Shown here in pieces: positions 8,187-16,671 of a stretch of 24,282 nt of DNA. Origin of the DNA: a virus (Duplodnaviria; Heunggongvirae; Uroviricota; Caudoviricetes); the IMG/VR virus record IMGVR_UViG_3300037067_001516; one strand, written 5' to 3'. The notes under the pieces are model-generated. The model was not told the origin of the DNA, did not search any database, and saw nothing but the letters and a program-made list of their open reading frames with translations. Every line of letters starts with the position of its first letter. The stretch's first letter is position 1. The position numbers and the translations under genes were made by a program.

Positions 8187-8250
8187 AGTATAGCAGATCT
8201 GAGAATTTTGTCAAGGGGGACTGCCTGTTTTTGTCAAGAGGAAAACAAAA
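8187..8250 (-). promoter_or_regulatory. Sigma70-type promoter P2, paralogue of P1, with a second TTGACA box
   Basis: TTGACA (8214-8209), 16-nt spacer, TGcTATACT (8192-8187); second TTGACA at 8237-8232. Confidence 0.85.
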
Positions 8251-8310
8251 AGGCAGTATCATAGATATAAGTTGACCACTAATACTTATATTAAGATACT
8301 GTCTTTTTGT
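8245..8310. terminator. Long hairpin, probable (bidirectional) intrinsic terminator at the end of the late operon
   Basis: Arms 8245-8260/8295-8310 (15/16 complementary) with inner arms 8265-8272/8284-8291; T-rich tracts on both strands. Confidence 0.6.
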
Positions 8311-8311
8311 A

Positions 8312-8333
8312 AGAGCAGAATCGATTCTGCTCT
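8312..8333. repeat. Perfect 22-bp palindrome
   Basis: agagcagaatc|gattctgctct. Confidence 0.85.
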
Positions 8334-8339
8334 GTAACT

Positions 8340-8540
8340 TTATTCTGTTTTCTTACCTATACCAAGAACATTCTTCACGCCAGCGATTGCTTGCATTTCG
8401 TATGATTTGAAGTAATAACCTACGATCACGCCCAACAAAGACGACAATATAACTGATGAATCGGGATAAAAAATAATCCCTAGTACTGCTGCTATAACAA
8501 TAATTACAGCAATAATAGCTCTTGTAATTTCAGTAATCAT
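8340..8540 (-). CDS. Small two-TM membrane protein, putative holin
   Basis: Two hydrophobic segments, GVIVGYYF motif, basic C-terminus, last gene of the late block. Confidence 0.6.
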   Translation of the reverse strand: MITEITRAIIAVIIVIAAVLGIIFYPDSSVILSSLLGVIVGYYFKSYEMQAIAGVKNVLGIGKKTE

Positions 8541-8557
8541 AACTTTAAAGTTAATAA

Positions 8558-8866
8558 TTAATAATGTGTTATATAGTTAACAACTTTGAATGGCCGCTTT
8601 ATATTAACAGCATAAGTATCTATCGTACCAGAGAACTCAAGACTATAGTCACCAACTAAAGATGGCGTCCATAGCAAATACCAACAGCCTGTGACACGCT
8701 TATACGGGCCGCCTGCGGTTGAACTATCTGCTACAACAGTACCTACTCCATTCTTAATCTCCCATGTTGGAGATGTTGGATCAGCAAGTTCTCCGTTTTG
8801 ATCACGATACTCACACTCAAAATATATCGCACTATCAACGTTGAAAGTTTTTATTAGTTCCATCAT
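8558..8866 (-). CDS. Hypothetical all-beta (Ig-like) virion-type protein
   Basis: YRDQNGELADPTSP...TGCWYLLWTP...GDYSLEFSG pattern. Confidence 0.55.
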   Translation of the reverse strand: MMELIKTFNVDSAIYFECEYRDQNGELADPTSPTWEIKNGVGTVVADSSTAGGPYKRVTGCWYLLWTPSLVGDYSLEFSGTIDTYAVNIKRPFKVVNYITHY

Positions 8867-8872
8867 ATATTT

Positions 8873-10933
8873 TTAATTAAATCTAGTTGATTGTCTACCA
8901 TTTGATGAAGCATCTGGAGAACCATATTTTTTAATTCTTAAATTTATTGTACCGGCTACTGTTGCTGCTGTTGGGAAAGAAGAATCACTAGTGAAAGTGA
9001 CAGTCTCTGTGCCGATCAAGTTTGAATCTGAACAGTATGTTGTTGTTTCTACACTTAACAGACTGGCATCCCCGGTGTATGTCGTAGTTTCATCTACCGA
9101 TTTCAAATTAGCTTCTCCGTTGAAAGTATTCTGAATATCTAATCTTTTTTTGTTAGTATTACTATTGTACACACAGGAGACAACCTTCAATATATTTACA
9201 TTTCCAGTGTATGTTGTTGTTTTATTTGTTAATCTTAAATTAGCTTCTCCGTTGAAAGTGTTCTGAATATCTAATCTTTTTTTGTTGGTATTACTTGTAT
9301 ACGTACTAGAAACTATTTTTAAGATACTCATGTTTCCAGTATACGTCTCTGGTATATCTGTATGTAAAAGATTAGAATCTCCATTATAAATTTCTACTTT
9401 TATCCTAACTAGATTAATATCTGCGGTATATGATTCACTACGTGTTGTAACAATAGATGCATCACCCTTATATACCGCGGATAGATCATGTTTAGCCAAA
9501 TTTGAGCCGCCAGTAAAGTATGTTGATACACCTTTGGTCAATATAGAATCTCCAGTATATATACTGCTCATCGTGCTTGTTAAAGATGCATTGCTTGAGA
9601 ATGACGCAGATTTTTCTTTAATCAAATTAGTATCTGCTGCAAATTGTTGTTGGATACTTTTTGTTAATATAGAATCCCCAGTATATGCGCCAGCAATTAC
9701 AATAACTAAACATGCATCACAACAGAAAGATATTGATTCTTCTCCGACAAGATTGGAGTCCGAAGTAAGTTGAGCTGGTAGTACAGCCAATAAACTAGCA
9801 TCTCCATGAGAATAAAGATCGTCAACAACTTTTACGAGATTTGAATCTCCAGTAATATTCACCGGTATAGTTCTCAAAAAATTAGAGTCCGATTTTATCG
9901 TCGTTGATTCTTCTCCTATTAGGTTGGAGTCCGATGTAAATACTGTGGACTCTGTACTAATTAAGTTTGAATCTGAAGTAACTTGTCCAGATATTTCTTT
10001 TGATAAACTAGAGTCAGAAGTATATGTGTTTGATTCAATACTTTTTAAATTTGAATCAGAAGTATATGTGGCTGCTGCAGCAGAAGTCAATGATGCATCG
10101 CCAGAAAAATCGCCAGAAACAGTAGTACTTCCTTCAACAAAAGTAATCGTGCCATCGGCTATAAACTTAGCTACCATCTCAGAATCATCTTCAGTCAGCG
10201 TATTTCCATCTCCAGTAATAGAACAAGTACCAAAATCAGAGGTAGTATAACGAATTATGACAATGCCTGACCCACCAGCAGCACCATTGTCGCTTGTATT
10301 ATATGAAGTTCCACCTCCACCTCCACCTCCAGTATTAGCACTACCAGCTCCAGGATAACCAGTACTATAAGCACCATTACCACCACCACCTAAGCCGCCT
10401 AAACCTTTTCTTGATTCTGGAGCACTATTACCACCACCTCCACCACCACAATAATAAACCGAAGAACCATCACGAATAGTATTAGCTGTTCCATCTCCAC
10501 CATCACCTGAATCATCACTGGGTGCATCTTGTCCAGCTTCACTAGCACCACCACCACCAGCGGCAGTAAAACTAGCGTCACCTCCGTCTCCACCTTGCGA
10601 ACCAGTACCACCAGTATTAGCTCCACCTCCACCACCACAACCACCAGCATTACCAGTTTGTGATTTACCACCACCTCCTCCACCACCGTCAGCAGTAATA
10701 TCATCAAAAGAAGAATCACCTCCGTCTCCTCCGTGTTCAGGGCCTCCATATTTTCCGCTTTTTCCCGCAGAACCTCCACTACCTACCACAACCGAATATT
10801 CTCCTCCGATAACAGCGTGAGAAGCTTCATATTGATAACCACCACCACCACCACCACCACCAAAAACACCAATAGAACTTTGAGCACCACCCCCACCCCC
10901 AGCAGCTATAACTAAAATTTTTATATTAGGCAA
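8873..10933 (-). CDS. Gly-rich-domain fibre/surface protein with ~14-aa GDxxL repeats
   Basis: N-terminal ILVIAAGGGGG...ANTGGGGGG...GGSGIVIIRY glycine-rich domain, then ~27 repeats of (Y/F)T(G/S)DSNL. The TTG start is uncertain. Confidence 0.75.
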   Translation of the reverse strand: MPNIKILVIAAGGGGGAQSSIGVFGGGGGGGGYQYEASHAVIGGEYSVVVGSGGSAGKSGKYGGPEHGGDGGDSSFDDITADGGGGGGGKSQTGNAGGCGGGGGANTGGTGSQGGDGGDASFTAAGGGGASEAGQDAPSDDSGDGGDGTANTIRDGSSVYYCGGGGGGNSAPESRKGLGGLGGGGNGAYSTGYPGAGSANTGGGGGGGTSYNTSDNGAAGGSGIVIIRYTTSDFGTCSITGDGNTLTEDDSEMVAKFIADGTITFVEGSTTVSGDFSGDASLTSAAAATYTSDSNLKSIESNTYTSDSSLSKEISGQVTSDSNLISTESTVFTSDSNLIGEESTTIKSDSNFLRTIPVNITGDSNLVKVVDDLYSHGDASLLAVLPAQLTSDSNLVGEESISFCCDACLVIVIAGAYTGDSILTKSIQQQFAADTNLIKEKSASFSSNASLTSTMSSIYTGDSILTKGVSTYFTGGSNLAKHDLSAVYKGDASIVTTRSESYTADINLVRIKVEIYNGDSNLLHTDIPETYTGNMSILKIVSSTYTSNTNKKRLDIQNTFNGEANLRLTNKTTTYTGNVNILKVVSCVYNSNTNKKRLDIQNTFNGEANLKSVDETTTYTGDASLLSVETTTYCSDSNLIGTETVTFTSDSSFPTAATVAGTINLRIKKYGSPDASSNGRQSTRFN
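9105..9295. repeat. Recent internal duplication with 132-bp period
   Basis: aaattagcttctccgttgaaagt(a/g)ttctgaatatctaatctttttttgtt(a/g)gtattact at 9105 and 9237; SNTNKKRLDIQNTFNGEANL occurs twice. Confidence 0.9.
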
Positions 10934-11115
10934 ATATTTCCGATTGATACTGACACTAATTCCTGAAGTTTCGGAATTAGCCGTTTCTCTTCCGCTCTTC
11001 TTTTAGGGCGATGAGCGTGGCATATGGTAATGCCATTATTAATTTTATGTCGTAACTCTGGATAGCCAGACCAACTCAATATATGATGAGCTTCTATCCT
11101 GCCGCTGCACTAATA
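10934..11115 (-). promoter_or_regulatory. Structured, relatively GC-rich leader with two short uORFs
   Basis: Hairpins ggatag/ctatcc, agctca/tgagtt, tggcat/atgcca, cgctc/gagcg, ctaattcc/ggaattag; uORFs at 11036-10977 and 11023-11003. Confidence 0.5.
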
Positions 11116-11138
11116 AATATTTTTTTAAAATTAAAAAT

Positions 11139-13028
11139 TTATTCAATGTCACCACACATGTATTCCATGTCTAATTCTCCGACAGGAGTCCAATCTTCTA
11201 TCTGGAAACTTGGTGAAGGAGAAACTGAAGGACTATACGATGGGGAAATAGAAGGACTATAGGATGGTGAATATGAAGGGCTAAAAGATGGAGAGTATGA
11301 CGGAGAAATAGAAGGACTATATGAAGGAGAATATGAAGGACTAATTGATGGAGAATAAGAAGGGCTGGTTGACGAACTATATGACGGAGAAATGGAAGGA
11401 CTATAAGATGGGCTTATCGAAGGCGAGATTGACAAACTATATGACGGAGAAATGGAAGGACTATAAGATGGGCTTATCGAAGGCGAGATTGAAGAACTTA
11501 ATGATGGAGATATAGAAGGGCTATAAGATGGGCTAATAGAAGACGAAGCAGAAACACTTGGAGATGGAGATATAGACGGACTATAAGACGGGCTGGTAGA
11601 AGACGAAGCAGAAACACTTGGAGATGGAGATATAGATGGACTATAAGACGGGCTGGTAGAAGGCGAAAGAGAAGCACTAATTGATGGAGAAATTGATGGA
11701 CTAATTGATGGGGAAAAGGAAGAACTTAATGAAGGCGAAAAAGAAGGGCTGAATGAAGATGAGGCACTTTCTGATGGAGAGATGGAAGGACTAAAACTTT
11801 CAGAAAAGCTTGAACTTAAGGAAGGTGAATAAGATAAACTCGCAGAAGAACTTAATGATGGAGAGAATGAAGGACTAGCAGAGGCACTAATGCTTGGACT
11901 CGAAGAAGGAGAATATGAAGGACTTACCGATACAGAAGGACTCTCCGACGGAGATATAGATGGACTGATACTTTTCGAAATACTAGGAGAAAAAGAAGGG
12001 GAAATAGAAGCAGACGGGCTAACACTCGGGGAAATAGACGGTGAATATGATGAACTCGGTGAAACAGAAGGGCTATAAGAAGGTGAGTGTGAAGGACTGA
12101 TTGAAGTTGAAGGAGATTCTGATGGAGAGTACGAAGGGCTGATAGAAGCTGAAGGGCTTGCTGATGAAGAAATAGACGGACTGTAAGACGGACTGTAAGA
12201 CGGACTGATACTCGGAGATACACTAAAAGAAATTGAAGGGCTAATAGAAGCCGAAGGACTCGCCGACTGACTTATTGACGAACTAAGAGAGGGACTCGCG
12301 CTAGGGCTTACAGACGGACTTGTTGAACCTGCCGCACCTGTAGTTACATCAACCGTGCTGCCATAAGAAGTTCCAGCACTATTAGTAGCATAAGCCCTAA
12401 CACGATAAGTAGTTTCTGGAGTTAATGGAGGTTCTACATAATTAGGACTGATATAATCGAAATAACAATAATGGCTAGTATCTAAAGTGTATGCGTCTAT
12501 CCATATTTTTGCTACATCCGCTCTAGCTGCTGTAAAAGCTAGAGCACTACTCCAAGCACCATTATTTACGTTTACTTTAAAAGTATCAGCAGATAATCCT
12601 TCCCAACTTCCAGCACCGCATTCGAATTGAATACCAATTCTAATAGCAGTATTATCTGCATATGTTAAAGAACCAATCTGAGTCCAAGCTGCACCAGCGG
12701 CATTCCAATAACAAATTGTATCATCAGTCCACAAAGCTATTGCTAGGGCTTCATTATTGCTTGAATCTTTTAATCTTAATATTTGATAAAGATTACCTGC
12801 CGTAGTCATCTTCATCGAAATATAAAACGTTCCACTAGCAACAGCAGTAATCGCTCTAGAAATACTATCTTCAGTATTGTTAAGAGTAATTTTTACCCCT
12901 TTGTTCCCTTCTAACGCTGCATCAGTGCTGACATCAAAAGTAGTATCTCCACTCCAAGAGTTTTGACCATTCAAGTCGCCATCATTCAAACCGTTAAATT
13001 TATCTTCAAATGTCCAAAGATTTGCCAT
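11139..13028 (-). CDS. Surface/virion protein: lectin-like beta-sandwich cassette + C-terminal strands of an FN3-like domain + Ser/Pro mucin-like tract
   Basis: [25 protein letters not shown]...YFDYISPNY, then [22 protein letters not shown], then SPSx repeats. Confidence 0.8.
   Translation of the reverse strand: MANLWTFEDKFNGLNDGDLNGQNSWSGDTTFDVSTDAALEGNKGVKITLNNTEDSISRAITAVASGTFYISMKMTTAGNLYQILRLKDSSNNEALAIALWTDDTICYWNAAGAAWTQIGSLTYADNTAIRIGIQFECGAGSWEGLSADTFKVNVNNGAWSSALAFTAARADVAKIWIDAYTLDTSHYCYFDYISPNYVEPPLTPETTYRVRAYATNSAGTSYGSTVDVTTGAAGSTSPSVSPSASPSLSSSISQSASPSASISPSISFSVSPSISPSYSPSYSPSISSSASPSASISPSYSPSESPSTSISPSHSPSYSPSVSPSSSYSPSISPSVSPSASISPSFSPSISKSISPSISPSESPSVSVSPSYSPSSSPSISASASPSFSPSLSSSASLSYSPSLSSSFSESFSPSISPSESASSSFSPSFSPSLSSSFSPSISPSISPSISASLSPSTSPSYSPSISPSPSVSASSSTSPSYSPSISPSPSVSASSSISPSYSPSISPSLSSSISPSISPSYSPSISPSYSLSISPSISPSYSPSISPSYSSSTSPSYSPSISPSYSPSYSPSISPSYSPSFSPSYSPSYSPSISPSYSPSVSPSPSFQIEDWTPVGELDMEYMCGDIE
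11208..12326 (-). repeat. Coding low-complexity repeat (SPSx)n, ~370 codons, containing 60-bp tandem duplications
   Basis: 12-bp period with degenerate codons; near-identical 60-mers at 11371-11430/11431-11490 and 11521-11580/11581-11640. Confidence 0.9.
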
Positions 13029-13031
13029 ATA

Positions 13032-15017
13032 TTAATATTTATCTATTGTTTTAGTAAACGCACCAGTCCCAAAATCACCGTCGTCATAAGCTATGCTGTC
13101 AGAGGTGGTGGGGTCTTCTCCTACTGGATTTTGAGGAGTTATAATATCCCAGTAAGTATAATGACCATTACCTGTTTGTTTTTCAACGTGAACTCTGCCA
13201 ACTGTTGTCCAAGCCCCTTGACCTGCATCAACCCAACTCGTAAAAGCACTCCAAGAAGTTCCGTCATTAACTCTTACTCTATATTTTGTTCCCTGAACTG
13301 CATAGTCAAATTCTATATTTAAAATATACCATTGGTTAGCAGTATAAGAAATTATATCTACATAACCACTTGCATAATATTGTATTTTTCCGCCTGAACT
13401 AAACTTTATATTTGCGGCTATACTACCTCCACCTGCGGCTCTTAATTGAAAGTTTGACTCATCAGAATTATTATCAGTTTTCATCATTGCTACATACATT
13501 GAACCCTCTGCGATAGCTGTAATTTCTCTTTGAGCATTTTGAGCAATCCCATCGTGAATCATCTGTAAGGCTTTTGCCCCTTCGTATTTTGTAGTAGTCT
13601 GAACCTCAACTCCAGCCGTGCCAGTCCAAGAGTCTTGTCCGTTAATATCGCCGTCATTCAATGTGTTAAATTTTTGTTCGTATATCCAATCTGTGCTAGG
13701 TGCTACTACTTTAGGACAATACGCAAACCCTCTTCTTGTAGCATTAGCACCGCCTGTAGCTGTTATATTTCCATTGCCTATAAAAGAAGAAGAAGCGACA
13801 GAAGAAGCAGCTTGAGTTGTTACTGTCGGAGGATCGCAGTAATTAGGACTAATGTCGTCAAAATAAATATAAGTTCCTGATACTTCACTTGGGACAGCGT
13901 CTATTCTCATCGAGGACATTCCAGTCCCATTTGTTCTTTCAAATGGATATGGTCCATTCCAATCTCCATTGTTGACACTAACACTAAATTGCCTCTCTCC
14001 TAAACTTTCATAAGCAGCCGCTCCTGAACATCTAAATTTAATACCTAATCTATACCAAGTGCCAGCTTCAAATGTTTCAGTTCCGACCTGAACAATCGAA
14101 GCAGAGTCTTTATTATAATATTTTAATTTATGGTCGCTACTATCAAAATATAAATTTACCTCTGTCTGACCATTGTTATCATTAAGCAAAAAAAAGTTTG
14201 GTTGATTATTCCCATCATCAGTTTTCTTGAAAGAAATATACATTATTCCACTTTCAATATTAGTGAAAGACCTGGTTGCTGTTATTCCCCCAGCGTTACC
14301 AGTTACTTCAACCCCTTTTGCACCCTCGTATCTCGCACCTGCGTTGGTGGTAACATCAAATTTTGCGTGAGCAGTCCAACTATCCTGCCCATTCAAATCA
14401 CCGTCATTGAGAGTATTAAATTTTTGTTCGTATGTCCAAAGGTTTGGGTCTAAATATCCATAACCACCCTCGCTCCCAAAAGCTTCTATTTTAAATTGGT
14501 CCCCTTTAGTAACCGGGTAAACAACACTCGTCTTAAAGTATTCCGTTTCTCCTGCTTTAATGAGTTGAGTAAATTGTTTTTTATGGTGCATCCCTTTCAA
14601 ATCTTTTCTAAGTGGAGTAATTTTTTCGTCTTTTATTCCGTCTTTATCAATGACTGCAATTTGTTCATAAACTGTTTCCGTAAAAACTACCTTGCTGATC
14701 TCCTTAGTTTCTCTGTCGACAACATCATCAATAACTTCTTTCTCCCCAACAACTCTTCTAACATTTCCATAATATCTATCGTCTCCACCGAAAGCACACA
14801 AAGTTTTTACGTGTTGGTTTTTATCTGAAATATTTGTAATTGAAAAGTATACAGAGATCGAGCCACCAAGACCATAATAATCTTTACTATCACTCTTGAT
14901 TATCAAATCACAATTGGTAGTATCTTTATCAATATAATTGATACTTTTTTCAACACCATTAATAAACTTAGTAGCCGGTATTTTTTCTATTTTAATTTGT
15001 CTTAGTTCTTCTAACAT
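13032..15017 (-). CDS. Surface/virion protein with two lectin-like (ConA/LamG-like) cassettes and the first two segments of an FN3-like domain
   Basis: Two W.YEQKFNTLNDGD.NGQDSWT cassettes; PPTVTTQAAS...GNGNITATGGANATRRGFAY; DPTTSDS...DDGDFGTGAFTKTI. Confidence 0.8.
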   Translation of the reverse strand: MLEELRQIKIEKIPATKFINGVEKSINYIDKDTTNCDLIIKSDSKDYYGLGGSISVYFSITNISDKNQHVKTLCAFGGDDRYYGNVRRVVGEKEVIDDVVDRETKEISKVVFTETVYEQIAVIDKDGIKDEKITPLRKDLKGMHHKKQFTQLIKAGETEYFKTSVVYPVTKGDQFKIEAFGSEGGYGYLDPNLWTYEQKFNTLNDGDLNGQDSWTAHAKFDVTTNAGARYEGAKGVEVTGNAGGITATRSFTNIESGIMYISFKKTDDGNNQPNFFLLNDNNGQTEVNLYFDSSDHKLKYYNKDSASIVQVGTETFEAGTWYRLGIKFRCSGAAAYESLGERQFSVSVNNGDWNGPYPFERTNGTGMSSMRIDAVPSEVSGTYIYFDDISPNYCDPPTVTTQAASSVASSSFIGNGNITATGGANATRRGFAYCPKVVAPSTDWIYEQKFNTLNDGDINGQDSWTGTAGVEVQTTTKYEGAKALQMIHDGIAQNAQREITAIAEGSMYVAMMKTDNNSDESNFQLRAAGGGSIAANIKFSSGGKIQYYASGYVDIISYTANQWYILNIEFDYAVQGTKYRVRVNDGTSWSAFTSWVDAGQGAWTTVGRVHVEKQTGNGHYTYWDIITPQNPVGEDPTTSDSIAYDDGDFGTGAFTKTIDKY

Positions 15018-15038
15018 AATTAATTTTAAATAAAATAC

Positions 15039-15533
15039 TTATTTCTTTGCTGGAATACGTTCATTTATAATAGCTTCCAGAGTAGCAATATTTATATTTA
15101 AGTCTTCTATATTTTCTTCCATTCTATCTAATGCATCGTTAATTTCTACGGTGTGATTCTGAGCTGTCTTAGTAAGAGAGTCAATTGTTTCTCTTTGAGC
15201 TGTGATTCTTTGATCTTGAAGTTGCAATGCAGTATCATTATCTCTTGTTGGATTTGCCATAAACAAATATCCGCCGACAACAACACCAGCAAATGATATT
15301 ACTGATATGCCAAGAGATACTTGTTTATACCAGATACTAGAAGTACTATTATTTTTTTCACTTATTGTTTCTGCAGCTTCAGTAGCAGCCTTGGCCAAAA
15401 CATTTTTGGCGCTTTCCGCTTCGGAAGCGATATCTTTTCTAGCATCTAAAGCAGCCGAAGATATCTTACTGCAAGCTTCTTCAGTAGTTTTTCTTAAATC
15501 TAGAATAAGTTTTTCTATTTTTGTATCCGACAT
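15039..15533 (-). CDS. Single-TM protein with coiled coils on both sides (lysis-associated?)
   Basis: TM VSLGISVISFAGVVVGGYLFM, heptad-rich C-terminus; ATG at 15533 preferred over TTG at 15554. Confidence 0.6.
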   Translation of the reverse strand: MSDTKIEKLILDLRKTTEEACSKISSAALDARKDIASEAESAKNVLAKAATEAAETISEKNNSTSSIWYKQVSLGISVISFAGVVVGGYLFMANPTRDNDTALQLQDQRITAQRETIDSLTKTAQNHTVEINDALDRMEENIEDLNINIATLEAIINERIPAKK

Positions 15534-15543
15534 TTTATTATAT

Positions 15544-15648
15544 TTAATTAACAAATTGTTCCAACACCCACAACCAAAAACCTATTGTGAGCATTACAAG
15601 GCTGACACTATAGATTATTAATAATGTAAGTTTAAAAAAATCTTTCAT
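15544..15648 (-). CDS. 34-aa single-TM membrane peptide
   Basis: Not in the track: MKDFFKLTLLIIYSVSLVMLTIGFWLWVLEQFVN*; fills the gap exactly. Confidence 0.6.
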   Translation of the reverse strand: MKDFFKLTLLIIYSVSLVMLTIGFWLWVLEQFVN

Positions 15649-15652
15649 AAAA

Positions 15653-16651
15653 TTAAAATGAATTGCCTTTTGGTATTTGATTAAATTGACTTTTTGTTAT
15701 TCTTCTAACAAAAGTTTTATTTTCTATTAAGTACAACGCCGCGTTGCCTTCTCTTCCATTAACTACTTCCATCAATTTACCACCATAGATAATCCCTTTT
15801 CTGCCCGGGGCTTCATTTTCAATCAGCATTCCTTTATCGTTTTGTTTTATTAATTCCATTATTTCTGGCGACATAGTATTTGGTTGATCCACAATTAACC
15901 ATGGATTAAACATAAAATTATTAGTAAACCATTCTGCTCTAAATTTTTGCCATTGTCCTTTAAATCTATCACCCCATGAGTTTGGTGATCCAATCCATTT
16001 ACCGTTGTCATCTATACCAGCTTTGCCAAAAAATAATGCGTGTCCCCAATCTTTAGAACCTATCTTTGGTTCTAATGAACTCCATGTACCATTGTTAGAT
16101 CCACTTACTCCACCAACTACACCATAATTATCTCTGATACTTTGAGCGATAATCTCCATATTAACATCATTTATCATTCTATACTCTTTAGCAGATAATA
16201 TTTTTGCTTCCGAATCTATTTCTGGTTTTTTCCAACCTGAATTTTTAATAAAAGATTCTGACGGTGGTTGACCATTGTCATACGATGGGACTAATTTTTC
16301 TGAGATCGCGCCCCAATCAACTGCGAGTTTGCCGCCGTCTCTGATATAAGCTCCACCTTGTGGTAGAGCAATTTGAGAATAGATTGCTTTAGCAGATACA
16401 TCAGTGTACTCTTTTGTTTCTATTGTATCTAATATTGCAATGTAATATGACCATGCTTGACCTACGCAAGATGAAGAACCATCTTGGTTTTTAATTGGGA
16501 TACTATGATCTATTACTTTTTCTATATCATATCCTGCTTCCCAATCAAAAGGAGCTGCCGAAAACGCGACACCATCATATAGACGATCTCGTGTATCGGC
16601 AGCATCCTTAACTGCACCTGTCCCAAATTTTATCTTGGTAGTGCGAGGCAT
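15653..16651 (-). CDS. Papain-like cysteine peptidase (C1 family) with a small C-terminal domain
   Basis: NQDGSSSCVGQAW (oxyanion Q, catalytic C), WGHAL (H), PNSWG (N). Confidence 0.9.
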   Translation of the reverse strand: MPRTTKIKFGTGAVKDAADTRDRLYDGVAFSAAPFDWEAGYDIEKVIDHSIPIKNQDGSSSCVGQAWSYYIAILDTIETKEYTDVSAKAIYSQIALPQGGAYIRDGGKLAVDWGAISEKLVPSYDNGQPPSESFIKNSGWKKPEIDSEAKILSAKEYRMINDVNMEIIAQSIRDNYGVVGGVSGSNNGTWSSLEPKIGSKDWGHALFFGKAGIDDNGKWIGSPNSWGDRFKGQWQKFRAEWFTNNFMFNPWLIVDQPNTMSPEIMELIKQNDKGMLIENEAPGRKGIIYGGKLMEVVNGREGNAALYLIENKTFVRRITKSQFNQIPKGNSF

Positions 16652-16671
16652 AAACTTATTATTTATTTTTA

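Noticed and set aside
11045..11115. tRNA, hammerhead or twister ribozyme
   Set aside because: No TTCRA T-loop or cloverleaf, no CUGAnGA plus GAAA core on one strand, no twister AAGCCC-type core; left as an unclassified structure.
11371..11640. 60-bp repeats as a CRISPR array or DGR template/variable pair
   Set aside because: Directly tandem, in-frame, no spacers, differences not limited to adenines, and no reverse transcriptase in the window.
11003..13034. Genome-wide TAA reassignment suggested by in-frame TAAs at 13032 and 11003
   Set aside because: Most genes end at TAA with tight junctions, and coding density is already high under code 11.
12426..13715. Cassettes inside the FN3-like domain as inteins or self-splicing introns
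   Set aside because: No intein HN-C/S/T ends or Hint motifs and no group I/II structural hallmarks seen; the inserts are fully coding paralogues of a domain also present outside the FN3.
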